Source: Rebecca billardiae RCC1528 (lineage: Eukaryota; Protista; Haptophyta). Taken from it: a DNA stretch of 64,000 nucleotides. Position 1 is the first letter of the stretch. Each line of letters opens with the position of its first letter. Of the stretch, positions 35,989 to 46,949 are shown in pieces. The notes beneath the pieces are model-generated. The model saw only the letters and a program-made list of their open reading frames with translations, did not search any database and was not told the DNA's origin. The DNA lies in contig OZ251227.1 in assembly GCA_965240325.2 (NCBI GenBank), positions 2,666,001 through 2,730,000 on the forward strand, in the 5' to 3' direction. The position numbers and the translations under genes are program-made.

Positions 35989-36840
35989 TCACCGCGGCCA
36001 CGCGTACGTCGCAGGACCGCGCTCGGCCTCGAGCCGTTCGCGCAGCACCTCGGCGGGAGGCGCGGGCGGTGACAGCAGCGACTGGAGGAACGGAACTGCC
36101 GCGCTCAGCAAAATGTCCCAGCCCGGGATGTCGAAGCGGTCCTCCTGGTACTCGACGAGGCCATCTTCGCCGAGGCGCAGGTCCGTGTACACAACGTAGG
36201 GCTTTAGTGTGAGCGTGAGCGGCCCAAGGCACACGCCGCCCGAGAGGCGCCACGTGATGGTCAGCGTGCGCTCCGCGCTCGCCTCTGCGCGGACCACTTC
36301 CACGCGGCTCGTCTTCTGCTCGAAAAGGCGATTGACACCCGCCGCGTAGTTCTCGACGCCCTGCAGCCGCACGTCGGGGTCGACAAATTCAAACGCGTCG
36401 CTGTACAGCTCTGCGCGCACGGCGCCCGTGACGAAGCACTCCGTCTCGCGGATGGCACGTTCCAGTCGCTCAAACGCTTTTGCCATGTCACGTTCAGGCG
36501 CCTTTGGCGCGGAGAAGTCGACCGCCTGCAGGCTTTGCGCGTCCGTGCGCACGCTGCCCGGGCCGGTAGTGCCGTCGTCAGCGCTCGGCAGGAACTGGCC
36601 GATGAGACCCGTCACAGGGTTGGCGTACACAGGACCTGTCGCCGCCGCCTGCTCCTCCGCCGCGCCGCCAGAGTCGTCCGCGCCATCGCCGCCCACACAT
36701 GCAATGTCCGCGCGCGCCGGAGCGCTGGCGACCACACTGCTCGGCGCACGGCTCAGCTCGAGCAGCTGCGCTCGTGCCCGACCCCCGCTCCACCCCTGCG
36801 TGGCGAGAAGGACCGAAATGACCACCATCGTCGAGGCCAT
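35989..36840 (-). CDS. DUF2358 / SnoaL-like (NTF2 fold) protein with signal peptide, possibly plastid-targeted
   Basis: FVTG....LYSD.F.F.DPDV.L.G..NY, ITWRLSG, YQEDRF. Confidence 0.8.
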   Translation of the reverse strand: MASTMVVISVLLATQGWSGGRARAQLLELSRAPSSVVASAPARADIACVGGDGADDSGGAAEEQAAATGPVYANPVTGLIGQFLPSADDGTTGPGSVRTDAQSLQAVDFSAPKAPERDMAKAFERLERAIRETECFVTGAVRAELYSDAFEFVDPDVRLQGVENYAAGVNRLFEQKTSRVEVVRAEASAERTLTITWRLSGGVCLGPLTLTLKPYVVYTDLRLGEDGLVEYQEDRFDIPGWDILLSAAVPFLQSLLSPPAPPAEVLRERLEAERGPATYAWPR

Positions 36841-37300
36841 GATTGATCCCCCGCCGCTCGCCCCTGCCCTGCTGACAAGCGGTGGGCAGGACGTCGGGGG
36901 AGGGAATCGGCAGGCGAATCTTTCGGCGTGCGGCCCGGCGGCTCTCTCGGCGCTTGCTCGGCCTTATTCACTCATCGACTAAATGCTCATTCCACACAAT
37001 ACGGAAGTTAGCACGCAATAATCAAATGTGTAGTGCGATGCTTATCAAGTGGTCTGAAAGTGAGCTCATGGTGATATATGCTCATCGTCATCAAGGGTAC
37101 CCCCATACGGCAATGGTTGACGAACGAAATGCTCATCCGATCCTCGCGAGAAAAGGATGGCAGCGAAGAAATGTCTTTCCACGCGCGGGGCTTGCAAGCT
37201 GCGAGGCCCAAGCAGGTGCCCACTGGCGGGCTGGCCAGGCTGCACGAGCGCGATGGCTCCGCGCGAGTCCGCTTGATCGGAGGGCGCTGGCCAGGTGCGC

Positions 37301-38980
37301 TCACGCGGCAGCGGAGGCGAGCGTGCTGAGCGTGCGCGGCGCGATGCTGATCTTGAGGCCGCTGTGTTTCGGGCCAAGCGTGCCATCCGTGAACTCGACC
37401 GGCTTGTCCTCGGGCGAAGGGGGCGGGCTGATCTCGAAGCGCTGGATCTGTCGTCACGCGGGGTGGACGTGGATGGGCCGTGATCAGCCGCGGGCAATCG
37501 CGATCACACGGAAGCGTGGCGCGGCGCGAGCTGGGGTTGACTCCGCGCGGCGGTGCGCACGCACGATCGTCGCGAGGATCGTGATGGCCTCAAGCTCGGC
37601 GAGGCGGAAGCCAATGCACTTGCGAGCGCCGCCGCCAAACGGAAGCCACGTCGAGCCCGGCGCGCCGAGGCGAGCGGTGGCGTGGCGCTCGGGGAAGAAC
37701 TCAGCCGCGTGCTTGAAGCGCTGCGGCGCGCGGGCGGCGGATGCGGTCGAGTAGAAGACGATCGTCCCAGCCGGCACGGGGTGGCCGAGGAGCTTGGTGC
37801 TGCTCTCGCACTTGCGCGCGATCGCGGGCACCGTCGGGTAGAGCCGAAGGGCCTCGTAGAATGCGCAGCGCAGGAAGTCGAGCTTGGCGGCGCCGTCGGG
37901 CGTAACGGGCTGGTGGCCGCACACGTGCGCCACCTCGGCAGCCGCGCGCGCCTGCGCGATGGGGTCGTGCGCGAGCAGGTGCAGCGTCCAGCACAGCGTG
38001 TTGCTCGTGGACTCGTGCCCGGCGATGAGCAGCGAGATGATCTCGTCGTGAGCCTCCGAAAAGGGCAGCTTGGCGCGCGCCAGCGCCTCGAGCAGCGAGG
38101 TGGAGCCCTCGTCCGCGCCGTCGCGCTCGTCCTCCTGCACGGCGCGGTCGTACATCTCTCGCGCCTTCGCGCCGAACAGGTCGAACGCCTCGAGCATCTG
38201 GCGCTGCGAGCTCGGCATCAGCCCGCGCGGCAGCGACAGCACGGTGCGCACGAGCCACGGTGGGAAGGCGATCCCCTTGAACGTGCCGCCGAGGATGTGC
38301 GTCCCGGCCTCGACGAACGGGTTGTCCTCGAAGCTGGCGAGCGCGCCGAAGTCGACGGCGAAGCCCACGTCGCCGATGATGTCGAGCGTCGCGGCGACGA
38401 GCGGCTTGTACACATCGACGACGAGCGGGCGCTCGCCGTCGGTGCTCACGGCGGCCTCGTCGAGCGTCGCGCACAGCTCCTCGGCGCGCGCGCGCATGCG
38501 CGGCTGGTAGCCGCGCAGCGCCCGCGTGGTGAGCGCGGGCAGCACGGCGCTCCGATGCGCGCGCCACATTGCACTCGTCTTCAGCGCGAGGAGCCCCTTC
38601 TGGAACACGGCCGACTCGAGCGGCCGGCCGGGGTACTTGTCGTTGTCGCGGAGCACGTCGCCCTCGACCGCGTCCGGATCGTCGCAGCAGATGATGGCGC
38701 CACGGCCGATGGGCAGGACGAGCTTGAAGATCGGGCCGTACTTGGCGTGCATCTCGCGCAGGAAGAGGTGGCGTGCCGAGAAGAAGGACGGCGACTTGAG
38801 CATGGTGCCGATCGCGCCGTGGAGCGTGCCGTACGGCGGGCCGGGGATGTCTTGGATCTCCTTGAGGTACTTGGCGCGGCGCGCGAGCGAGACGGCGACG
38901 AATGTAGCGATGCCGACGCCGAGCGCGCCAACGAGCTGGCACGCGTGGCAGGTCGCGGTGGGCGTGTTCAGGCTGCTCAT
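37301..38980 (-). CDS. Cytochrome P450 with N-terminal membrane anchor; 2 exons
   Basis: I-helix AGHEST, K-helix EALR, PERH and heme motif PFGGGARKCIG; intron 37564-37448 gives IQRFEI...TLGPK C-terminus. Confidence 0.95.
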
Positions 38981-39324
38981 GCTTGGCGACGGGAGGTTTG
39001 CGTGCGGGCGGGCGGGGGAGGAGCGGGTTCTGCGAAGCTGTTCGCGTGCGTTTGGTCGGTGGCGGCAAAATGGCCGGCGCGCCGACGAAAGTAGACTATG
39101 AGAAGCTCCTCCCTCGCCCAACGGCAGCGCGAAAAAATAGCCGATGACGAGGTCGGATTTTGCTTGTGCCAAGGGTGTTCTTGTGCGAAGGTCCGCCCGC
39201 CGCCGAAAATCGGCGTTGCGGTCCTCCGGCTGGGCAGCCGGTGCTCACAAGCTGAGCCAAGCTCCGGATCACACCGTCGGAGCCGAGCTTTCCACCGCCA
39301 AAGGCCCGGTGCGCGCACTGCGAG

Positions 39325-40374
39325 ATGTCCGCACGGCGCCCGCTCTTCGTGGACATGCTTGATGTCGAAGAAGCGATGATTGATGCCGACCGCGACATCG
39401 TGCGCCTTGAGTGCGCGCTTGCAGACGCCCAGCGCCTGGAACGTGACACGCTTTGCGAGCACATCCAGTTCGAGCACGCGCTGCTCGAACACGCGCCGCG
39501 CGTTCGATTGCTTTCTGACAATACGTTGTGCCAGCAGGACGAGTACGAGCTCATGCGTGCGGAAGCGCAGGCCGAAGCGATAACCGCAACTCACATCCGC
39601 GAGACAGCAGCACGCGCGTCACGTGCAGCCGCGATCGACGCGGACCGCGAGCTCGAGCGACTCGAGAACGCAATCTGCGCTGCGCATGCAGCGCGCGCCG
39701 AGCAGCTTGAGCAGCTTGAGCACGAGGTGCGAGAGCGCGTGAGCACTCTGGCTGGTTCGTGCGTGTGGGCCCAGGACGAGCACGAGCTGCGGCTGGCGGA
39801 TACCTGCGCTTCCGCACGCACGCCCTTCCAGGCCGAATGCGAGCTCGTGCGCGCGCTGGAAGCGGACGAGGTGCGCTCGGAGCGTGCGATGCAGCTCGAG
39901 CTCGAGCGGGCGCAGTCGGCGCAGGCTCCGCTGGCAGACACGCGTGCTTTCCGGCGGCCGCGCCATTGCAGCCTGGGCAACGCTGCCGCAGGCACGCTCG
40001 AGCCGTCGCACTGGCTGCACGCGCAGGACGAGCATGAGCTGGAGCACGCGCATGCATGCGCGCAGCTGCTCTCCGAGCTGAGGGAGCACGCGCGGCTGCG
40101 CTCCGAGGCCTCTCGGCTCGGCATGGAAGTTCATCAGCTCAAGAATTCGTGCCAGGAGATCATCGCCAAGGAGATTGAAGTTGCCAAGGAGAACATGCGC
40201 AAAGAGTTCGAGCGTCTCACGCTCGACGCTGCGGCCAAGCGCAAAGCCATGGAAGCGCAGTCGGCGATGCGCGGCAGCAACGCCCTGCGTCGCGCCCGTG
40301 GACGCACTGTGGCCGATGAGCTCGCGCGGCTCGCGCCAGAGAATGTGCGCGCGCTCATACCCATGGTCGATTGA
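39325..40374 (+). CDS. Hypothetical coiled-coil protein with repeated QDE(H/Y)EL motifs
   Basis: 349-aa ORF, E/A/R/L-rich; CQQDEYEL, WAQDEHEL and HAQDEHEL. Confidence 0.7.
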   Translation: MSARRPLFVDMLDVEEAMIDADRDIVRLECALADAQRLERDTLCEHIQFEHALLEHAPRVRLLSDNTLCQQDEYELMRAEAQAEAITATHIRETAARASRAAAIDADRELERLENAICAAHAARAEQLEQLEHEVRERVSTLAGSCVWAQDEHELRLADTCASARTPFQAECELVRALEADEVRSERAMQLELERAQSAQAPLADTRAFRRPRHCSLGNAAAGTLEPSHWLHAQDEHELEHAHACAQLLSELREHARLRSEASRLGMEVHQLKNSCQEIIAKEIEVAKENMRKEFERLTLDAAAKRKAMEAQSAMRGSNALRRARGRTVADELARLAPENVRALIPMVD

Positions 40375-41119
40375 AGGTTTGCATCCCGCTTCTCAACGCC
40401 ACTGACGTCGAAGCACGCAGCTGCCGCTGGCACGCACGGAGCTCTTGCTCGTGTCTTGATGTTCAAACGTTGCATCATGAATGCATGCCAACTTATTTTT
40501 TTGATCAGCCGAATCATGACTACGCGCAGGGCAGATGAGATGACAGCAGTAGACGTCTGCTTGTTTTATCCGAAGGCATCAGCCGTCCGCTGTTCGAATG
40601 AGCCGCAGTCAACCTTCGAACCTCATGTGATAAAGCCTATGCCGTCGCCTACACTGGAGTACAGTTTACTTGTTTTAACGTGCGTAAGGCTCAAAGTGGC
40701 AGGTTGCCGCGCCATGCTTCATCGCACGCTCTCCGAAGAGAGACCTGGAAACTGGTTTGAACCCATGACCATAAATGATAGCCAAGAGGCGAGATGATGC
40801 TCAGATTGGCTGAGTCGACGTGCTTTTCCATGCACTGCTGAGGTGTCTCCAGCGACCTACTGCAGGGTGAATCTCCCAGTCGCGCGCGCGCACATTGTAC
40901 ATGAAAGTCTCGGTCGGTCACTGTCGGTGGCGAGCAACGCGCCTCAGGAAGCACTGCTGCACACATGACCGTTATTGTTTCTGATAAGCTAGTTCGTTTA
41001 TGGCGGGCCGTAATAATGGTTTATGATGTGTCTGCGAAAACCGGATTATTTAATTCGCGGGAAAGGCGTCTCGGCCCACGGCCACCGGGCCACGTCGCTA
41101 CAATACCATACGTGCCACG

Positions 41120-42283
41120 ATGGCGGATCGCGACGCGGCGATAGCGCTCGTCTCGCACCTGTTGCGGGCGCACAGCCTGACAGAGACGCTCGCGGCGCTC
41201 GAGCGCGAGGCCGGGACAAGTGCCAGTCGCACGGATGCGAGCCTCCCCGACCTCATCAAGGCACTCTCGCCCCCTGTCCCGGAGGAAGCAGCCGCCGCCA
41301 GCATCGATCCGCTCATGCAACCCTCGGCGGCGGGCGCACGTGTGCCCGAGCAGGTGAGGGAGGTGACGGACGCGCACGCATCGAACATTCTGTGCGTCAC
41401 CTTCGCTGGCGCCTCTCGTGACGTGCTCGCCAGCGGCGGCGTGGACAAGCTCATCTCCTTGGGCAGCGCGCAGGGCGGCCCGCCACATCTGGTGGCAACT
41501 CACAAAGCGCCGGTGCTGTCGCTTGCGGCGCAGCCGCAGGGCAGCCTTCTGGCATCGACGGGCATGGACGGTCGCGTGCAGCTCCATGACGTGAGCTCGG
41601 CCGCGCTCGTCCAGGAGTGGCCGGCCGTGCACAGGAAGCGTGCAACGTCTGCGCGGTGGCAAGACGAGCACCTGTTTGGCACGTGCTCAGCCGATGGGAC
41701 GGTTGCGCTCTTCAGGCGCGGCGGCGACGCGGGCGACTTCGCAGAGATGGTGCTGCCGCTGTCGCGTGAGCACGGCGTGACGAGCATCGACTTTGCGCCG
41801 CGCGGCGCGGTGCTCGTCGCCGGCCTCCAGCAGTCCCACTGCCTCCACTACTACGACGTGGCCGCGGAGAAGCTCTGGCCGGTGAGCATGAACGAGCTGG
41901 ACGACGACCACGTCTCCTTCACGGCGATGCACGTCGCCGTGCACCCGGAGGGCAAGTACGTGGCGGTGGCGACGGACAAGCAGCGTACGTTCGTTTACGA
42001 GTGGGCCTCGCGTAAGCGCGTGCGCACGCTCGTAGCGACCGCTCCTCCGGACGACTTTGCACCGGCGCCACGGCAGTGCTGGCACCCCGACGGCCGCCAC
42101 CTCTACCTCGCCTCGGGCGACGAGGCCGTCGCCGTCTGGGACGTGGGCATGGAGCGCCAGGTCGGGGTCATGACGGGGCACACGGCGGCCGTGCGCGACA
42201 TGTGCGTTCACCAGGGCGACGGAGAGCAGCGCTGGCGGCTGGCAACGTGCTCATTCGACAAGACCGTGCGCATCTGGGAGTGA
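41120..42283 (+). CDS. LisH plus WD40 repeat protein
   Basis: LisH IALVSHLLRAHSLTETLAALERE; WD repeats such as GHTAAVRDM...LATCSFDKTVRIW. Confidence 0.9.
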   Translation: MADRDAAIALVSHLLRAHSLTETLAALEREAGTSASRTDASLPDLIKALSPPVPEEAAAASIDPLMQPSAAGARVPEQVREVTDAHASNILCVTFAGASRDVLASGGVDKLISLGSAQGGPPHLVATHKAPVLSLAAQPQGSLLASTGMDGRVQLHDVSSAALVQEWPAVHRKRATSARWQDEHLFGTCSADGTVALFRRGGDAGDFAEMVLPLSREHGVTSIDFAPRGAVLVAGLQQSHCLHYYDVAAEKLWPVSMNELDDDHVSFTAMHVAVHPEGKYVAVATDKQRTFVYEWASRKRVRTLVATAPPDDFAPAPRQCWHPDGRHLYLASGDEAVAVWDVGMERQVGVMTGHTAAVRDMCVHQGDGEQRWRLATCSFDKTVRIWE

Positions 42284-43327
42284 GATGATCGGAGTATCGG
42301 ACGACGCCCGACGACAGATTAGGTCATTAGGGGCGCCGCGACCGGCAATATGAATAACTCTTACTCGTCCGTACGTGAATATATATTCGCGTCAAGTGAG
42401 ACTTCCGATCGATGATCCTTATTCGATGACGCCGGTGCACATCTGTGACACCACCGCCAGAATGACCAGGCGTCGGGCCGCTTACACCACGGCCCGCCTG
42501 GTCCTAGGCGCGCATCAACTCCGGCAGGCGCCGCGTCGCTACTCGATCACTGCGCATGATGATTATTGTCTGAGAGACTCGGAGCGCACACGGACACGGT
42601 GGCGTCGGCGGGCCGCGAACTGACGCCGGCCGGCGGCCTGCTGGCTGCCGCTGCCCCAGTCCCCACCCGCCCGTATTTAACGGACCGCGGGCCGGAGCTC
42701 GGAACACCGAACATAAGTCGTCCGGGATCAAGGACAAGCCACAAGGGCGGACGGCGGTGGCACCGGCGGTCCACGCCCGGTGGTCCACGACCACGGCGGC
42801 GCCGGGACCGGCCGTCCAAGACTTCATTCGAGTGACCAACTACCAACGTCCAACCCCGGGGGGCTAAACTCAGTCAGCACCTAATTGGCGACCCATGCCC
42901 AATATAAATCCCACTGACGGCCCGCCGACTGACGCTGCGGCTGACGTTTAGGCTTTAGCCTTATATGACTGACGGCCGGTCGACTGACGAGTGACGACGA
43001 ATTTAGCAGATGATAATTGATTGGCGCTTCGCGCGTGTCGTGCGGTCCTTACTAGCTGTGTTTCCGATCACCGTCACCGATGAGGGCATGAACTGCACGA
43101 CCGTCGATGCATCGAGTAGTAGAGCGTGGACCTTCGGCTTGCCCGCGAAGTCTGCAATCTCTCGGGCGATCGTCGTTCTAGGGCTCCACGTGCCAGCTGC
43201 GCCCCGGCCGCCGACCAACATACATGACCGCGCGTGCGTCGGTCGGGTGGGCGGCGCCTGCGGTCGGTGCGCTCACAGAGCCGCACCCGGGGCAGCGAGC
43301 GCCAGGAGGTGGAGCCGATGGCCGCTC

Positions 43328-44363
43328 TCAGTGCACGAGCACGTTCAGGTTGGGTGGCCCTGATTCGCGCCGGTGCCGATCGTTCATCGAGATGAACTCC
43401 TCCTGTGAGCCCAAAGCAAGCCGCAGGGGTGCGTCGAGCGGAGCGCGCGTGCGTCTGAGCGGGGCCGCCAGCTGCGCTCGGGACTCTTGTGCGGCGCGTC
43501 GCGCGCCGCGCGCCGACCGTGCTGCCGCCCAAGGCGTGCGCGCTGGTGCGCGCGCGGGGGCGAGCGCGCGCGGATGCGGGCCGCTCGCGCGCGCGCGCGC
43601 CCACCTCGAGGGCGCACTTATCCGCCCACGGCCAGTCGCCGATCTCGACCGACTTCCCCTCCTCCACCTCCGTCTCCCGCAGCCGCTTCCATCCCTCAGT
43701 GCGGCCCTTGCGCCGCACGAGGTAGTCGAGGAGGAGCTCGGTGTTGCCGGCCCACGCGCTCTCCTTGGCCATCTCCTTGCGCGGCGAGGAGCCATCCGCG
43801 TTCATCGTGTCGTCCGTGTCGATGTCGCCCGCCACAGAGTCCGAGTTGTTCTCGTCCGACGTCGAGCGCGAGCCCTTCCCGCCGTCGCCGCCCAGGTCCA
43901 CCTCGCCGTCAGTCGTGAAGCTGAGCGAGGTGTTGATGGTCAGCGCGGGTGGTGGAGGCCCCTGCTTGACCCGCTTGCGCGCCTGCGCATCCTCCGCGCC
44001 CGCTGCGTCTGTTTCTTCGCGGGTCTGCATGTTCAGGCACTTGCGCACGACGCATGCCTGCTTCTTAATGCCCTGCGGAGCCGAGCGCGCGCACGCAGAC
44101 GAACAGCCGCCGTGGGAGCGAGGAGGGCGATTGGCGTGAGCACGCAGCGCGATGAGCGAGGAGTCGGGGAGGCGGGGGTCGCGCCCGACACCCCCCTCGC
44201 CCCTCCCTCGAGACGGCGCGGGCGCGAGGGGCCGCGAGGGCGCGCGCGGTCCTCACCGGTCCTCCAAACTTGGGCTTGTCCGCGCAGTTGACGCACTTCC
44301 CACAGTCTCTGCGGTTGCAGTTCTCGCACTGCCCGCACCGAGATAGCCGCGACCGCGCCTTCT

Positions 44364-44408
<45 letters not shown>

Positions 44409-44433
44409 AGTCCGCGTTCTGCTCGGCCTGCAT
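43328..44433 (-). CDS. Small CXXC zinc-finger (CpG-binding) protein with a poly-Ala tract; 3 exons
   Basis: Spliced RCGQCENCNRRDCGKCVNCADKPKFGGP|GIKKQACVVRKC; introns 44256-44073 and 43604-43403. Confidence 0.9.
44364..44407. repeat. (GCC)n trinucleotide repeat coding poly-Ala
   Basis: About 14-15 perfect units in exon 1 of the CXXC gene. Confidence 0.95.
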
Positions 44434-46237
44434 TGCGATCGCGACTCGACACACCGAGAGGAGGGGGGCTCGCCTTCGCCCTGGGCTTCAAAGGGCCCCG
44501 AGTGGCCCGGGTGACTTGAGTGCAGCCTGGCGCCCTGACCTAGGCCTGGCAGGGGGTGGCGCCAGGCCCCAGATTGGAACGTCATCCAAACTCAACGACC
44601 GGGAGGGCAGGAGCGTGAAACCCCCGCGCGAAACCCGCTGGCGAAACGCCCACCCCCAAGCCCTACACACCCTCCTAAGTGGGAGATTGCGTTTGTGGGC
44701 GGGGATTGGCTGTTGGCTGATACAAGAGGGGGCGGTAACCACCACAAAAAGGGGGAGGTCGGGTACAATGTGATAGCAATTGGGCATCCCAAGATTACTC
44801 AAATCAGCCCGCCAGCCAGTCATCTTCGACGGCGACTTTTGCTTCGAGCGCAGATGATAATAAGGCTTCATCACCGTTCCTAATTCCTAATCCAAACTAC
44901 CCGTACTTTGCGCGCGCACGGGCTGCGAAAAAAATCGGATCGCGTACGTCGCGGCCGTGAACCCCGCCCGGAATCTCACGCCCACCACAGCCTCCCATGC
45001 ACCACCCGAGCTTCCCCCATAGCAATCAGCATAACCAACTTCAGCATGGCGATCGACGATCATTGGCGAGTGGCGACTGCATGCGTCGGGCCGACGCGTC
45101 GCTCATTCCCCTCGGGCGATGCTCAAAGGGCGCGCGACGCATGGCTGTCAGCGCTGTTGGTGATGGCGACGAGTAGCTGACGGGTGCGCAGTAGACGCTA
45201 GAGTCACCTAGGCGCTGATCCTGACCGGTAGTGGTCAATTGCGCAAGTGATCCGCAGAATCGAAGCTCTGCCAACTGGATATCGCGAGACCGCACTCAAC
45301 ATGTCAAGTAGACAGCGAGCCACAGTGCGCCGATGCCTTTTCGGACCCGCCTAGTCATGGCTGAATCAGGCAATCAGCCCCCTGCCGCACTTGTGCGATC
45401 GACTGAATTCCGTTGCGGCCCGCGATGCGCAGCATTCGGAACTGGGGGCGGCAGAGCCGGCATCAAGAGGATGCTATCAGGCGCCGCGTTCGAGCCTTCA
45501 CAACTGACAAGCGCTGGCATCTGGCTCCCGGGGTTGCGAGCTCCCCCCACACCACCCCTCCCTCCAGTCCACGGGGCCTGATAAAATACTTGTTCGTGAG
45601 GCTGTCGTACTCCCGATATTGCTGCCAGGTTTCAAGAGTTCGTACCAAATGATCACGGCCGTCGGCTGTGAACTCCCGAAACAGCTAGAATCAGGGATAT
45701 TTACCTGCCATGACTGGCCGAAGTGCGGTCGCCCGTCCCGCATCCGGCCGCGACTTAGCCCTGTCTGCCGGCACGCTCGGTCTGCTGCGTGTTTCGAGTG
45801 CGCACATGACATCGTCGTCGAATGTCGATTCGTCCGAGCGTTTAGACCCCACGGCCCCGGTCACCGTCCGTCCATCGTCCGTCCTGTCCGCGACAGGCTG
45901 CCGCCTGTAGTTACTAGAGCCTAGTGGCTAGTTTGGACCTGGCCCGCCAGGCCGTGCGGACCGGTCAGTGCCCCGCAGTGTCGCAGCGGTGCCGCGCCTG
46001 ATCGCCCTGATGCACGCTAAGACAGTCTCGGCCCGCGGTCAGAACCGACGGCTTGAGCTAGGCCTCTGAGGGCCTAGTCGGCGTCGCTGTTGGCCTGAAC
46101 TGCGTCGTCTGTCCGTCAATATTTTAGCATATAGCAGCATTGCCATCAGCATATATTGAAGCTAGCCATGTCGTAACGCCTATTACTGCTTAGTACTAAG
46201 TAGTAACGGTTATGGCAAGTCGGACTAACTCAGACTA

Positions 46238-46790
46238 CAGGCAATCGCGGGCAATAAGAAGTCAGAGATCTCACGGCTATCTCGGTTTATTAGCCGTTCG
46301 GTAGCCCGGCGACCGCCTACGGAGTCTCAGTTTCTTAGCTAGGGATCCGCCCGCCGCGCAGGCGCGGGGGGCGCAGGGGGGCTGCCAGCCCCCCGCTTAG
46401 AGTCTTTAGGCAATTAGGCCCGGTCGGCGAGGCCCCCAAAAATTCGGACCATATTTTGGAGCAAATATGACATGATGTTGCATGGATGCTGCGGTGCACT
46501 GGCCAGGAGTCAGTCATCAGGAGAAGTCGGGACTTATGGCCTGTTCTCGTAGTCGGGCCGCGCGCCGCGTCCCACACGGGCAATGCGCCTCGGGCTCGGC
46601 GGACCACTCGTCATAGAGTCCCGGTTTCATAGTGTGAAGCCTAGAGTAGTATGCGTATAGCAAACCAGCCAATCACGCTAGTCTCAGTTTCTAGGCCAGA
46701 TCTGCAGCCGAGAGCAAGCCCCAGTTTCTTAACGTGATGCGCAGCTCCGATCCTTATTGCCCGCGAATGGCTGCGCGCGATTGCCTGCTG
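46238..46790. mobile_element. Tc1/mariner-like MITE, about 553 bp
   Basis: TA|CAGGCAATCGCGGGCAATAAG versus CTTATTGCCCGCGA...CGCGATTGCCTGCTG|TA; the right TIR carries short duplications. Confidence 0.7.
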
Positions 46791-46949
46791 TACTCTGCTA
46801 AGGTTAAGAGTGTATCTAGACTGTACTAGCTCTGTAGACAGGTTACACTGTTGTAGTAACTACGCCGAGTAGCTTAAGCCTTAAGGCTGCGCTGTATTCT
46901 GTCAATACTATGGTGACTATAGCGTTACTATAGTACGTCATCATTTAGA

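Noticed and set aside
41057-41064. E2F-like TTTCCCGC upstream of LisH-WD40 (similar site at 39127)
   Set aside because: A single 8-mer could occur by chance
44891-45937. 9-bp inverted repeat TCCAAACTA/TAGTTTGGA bounding a 1-kb low-GC stretch
   Set aside because: Too short, with no TSD or further inverted similarity
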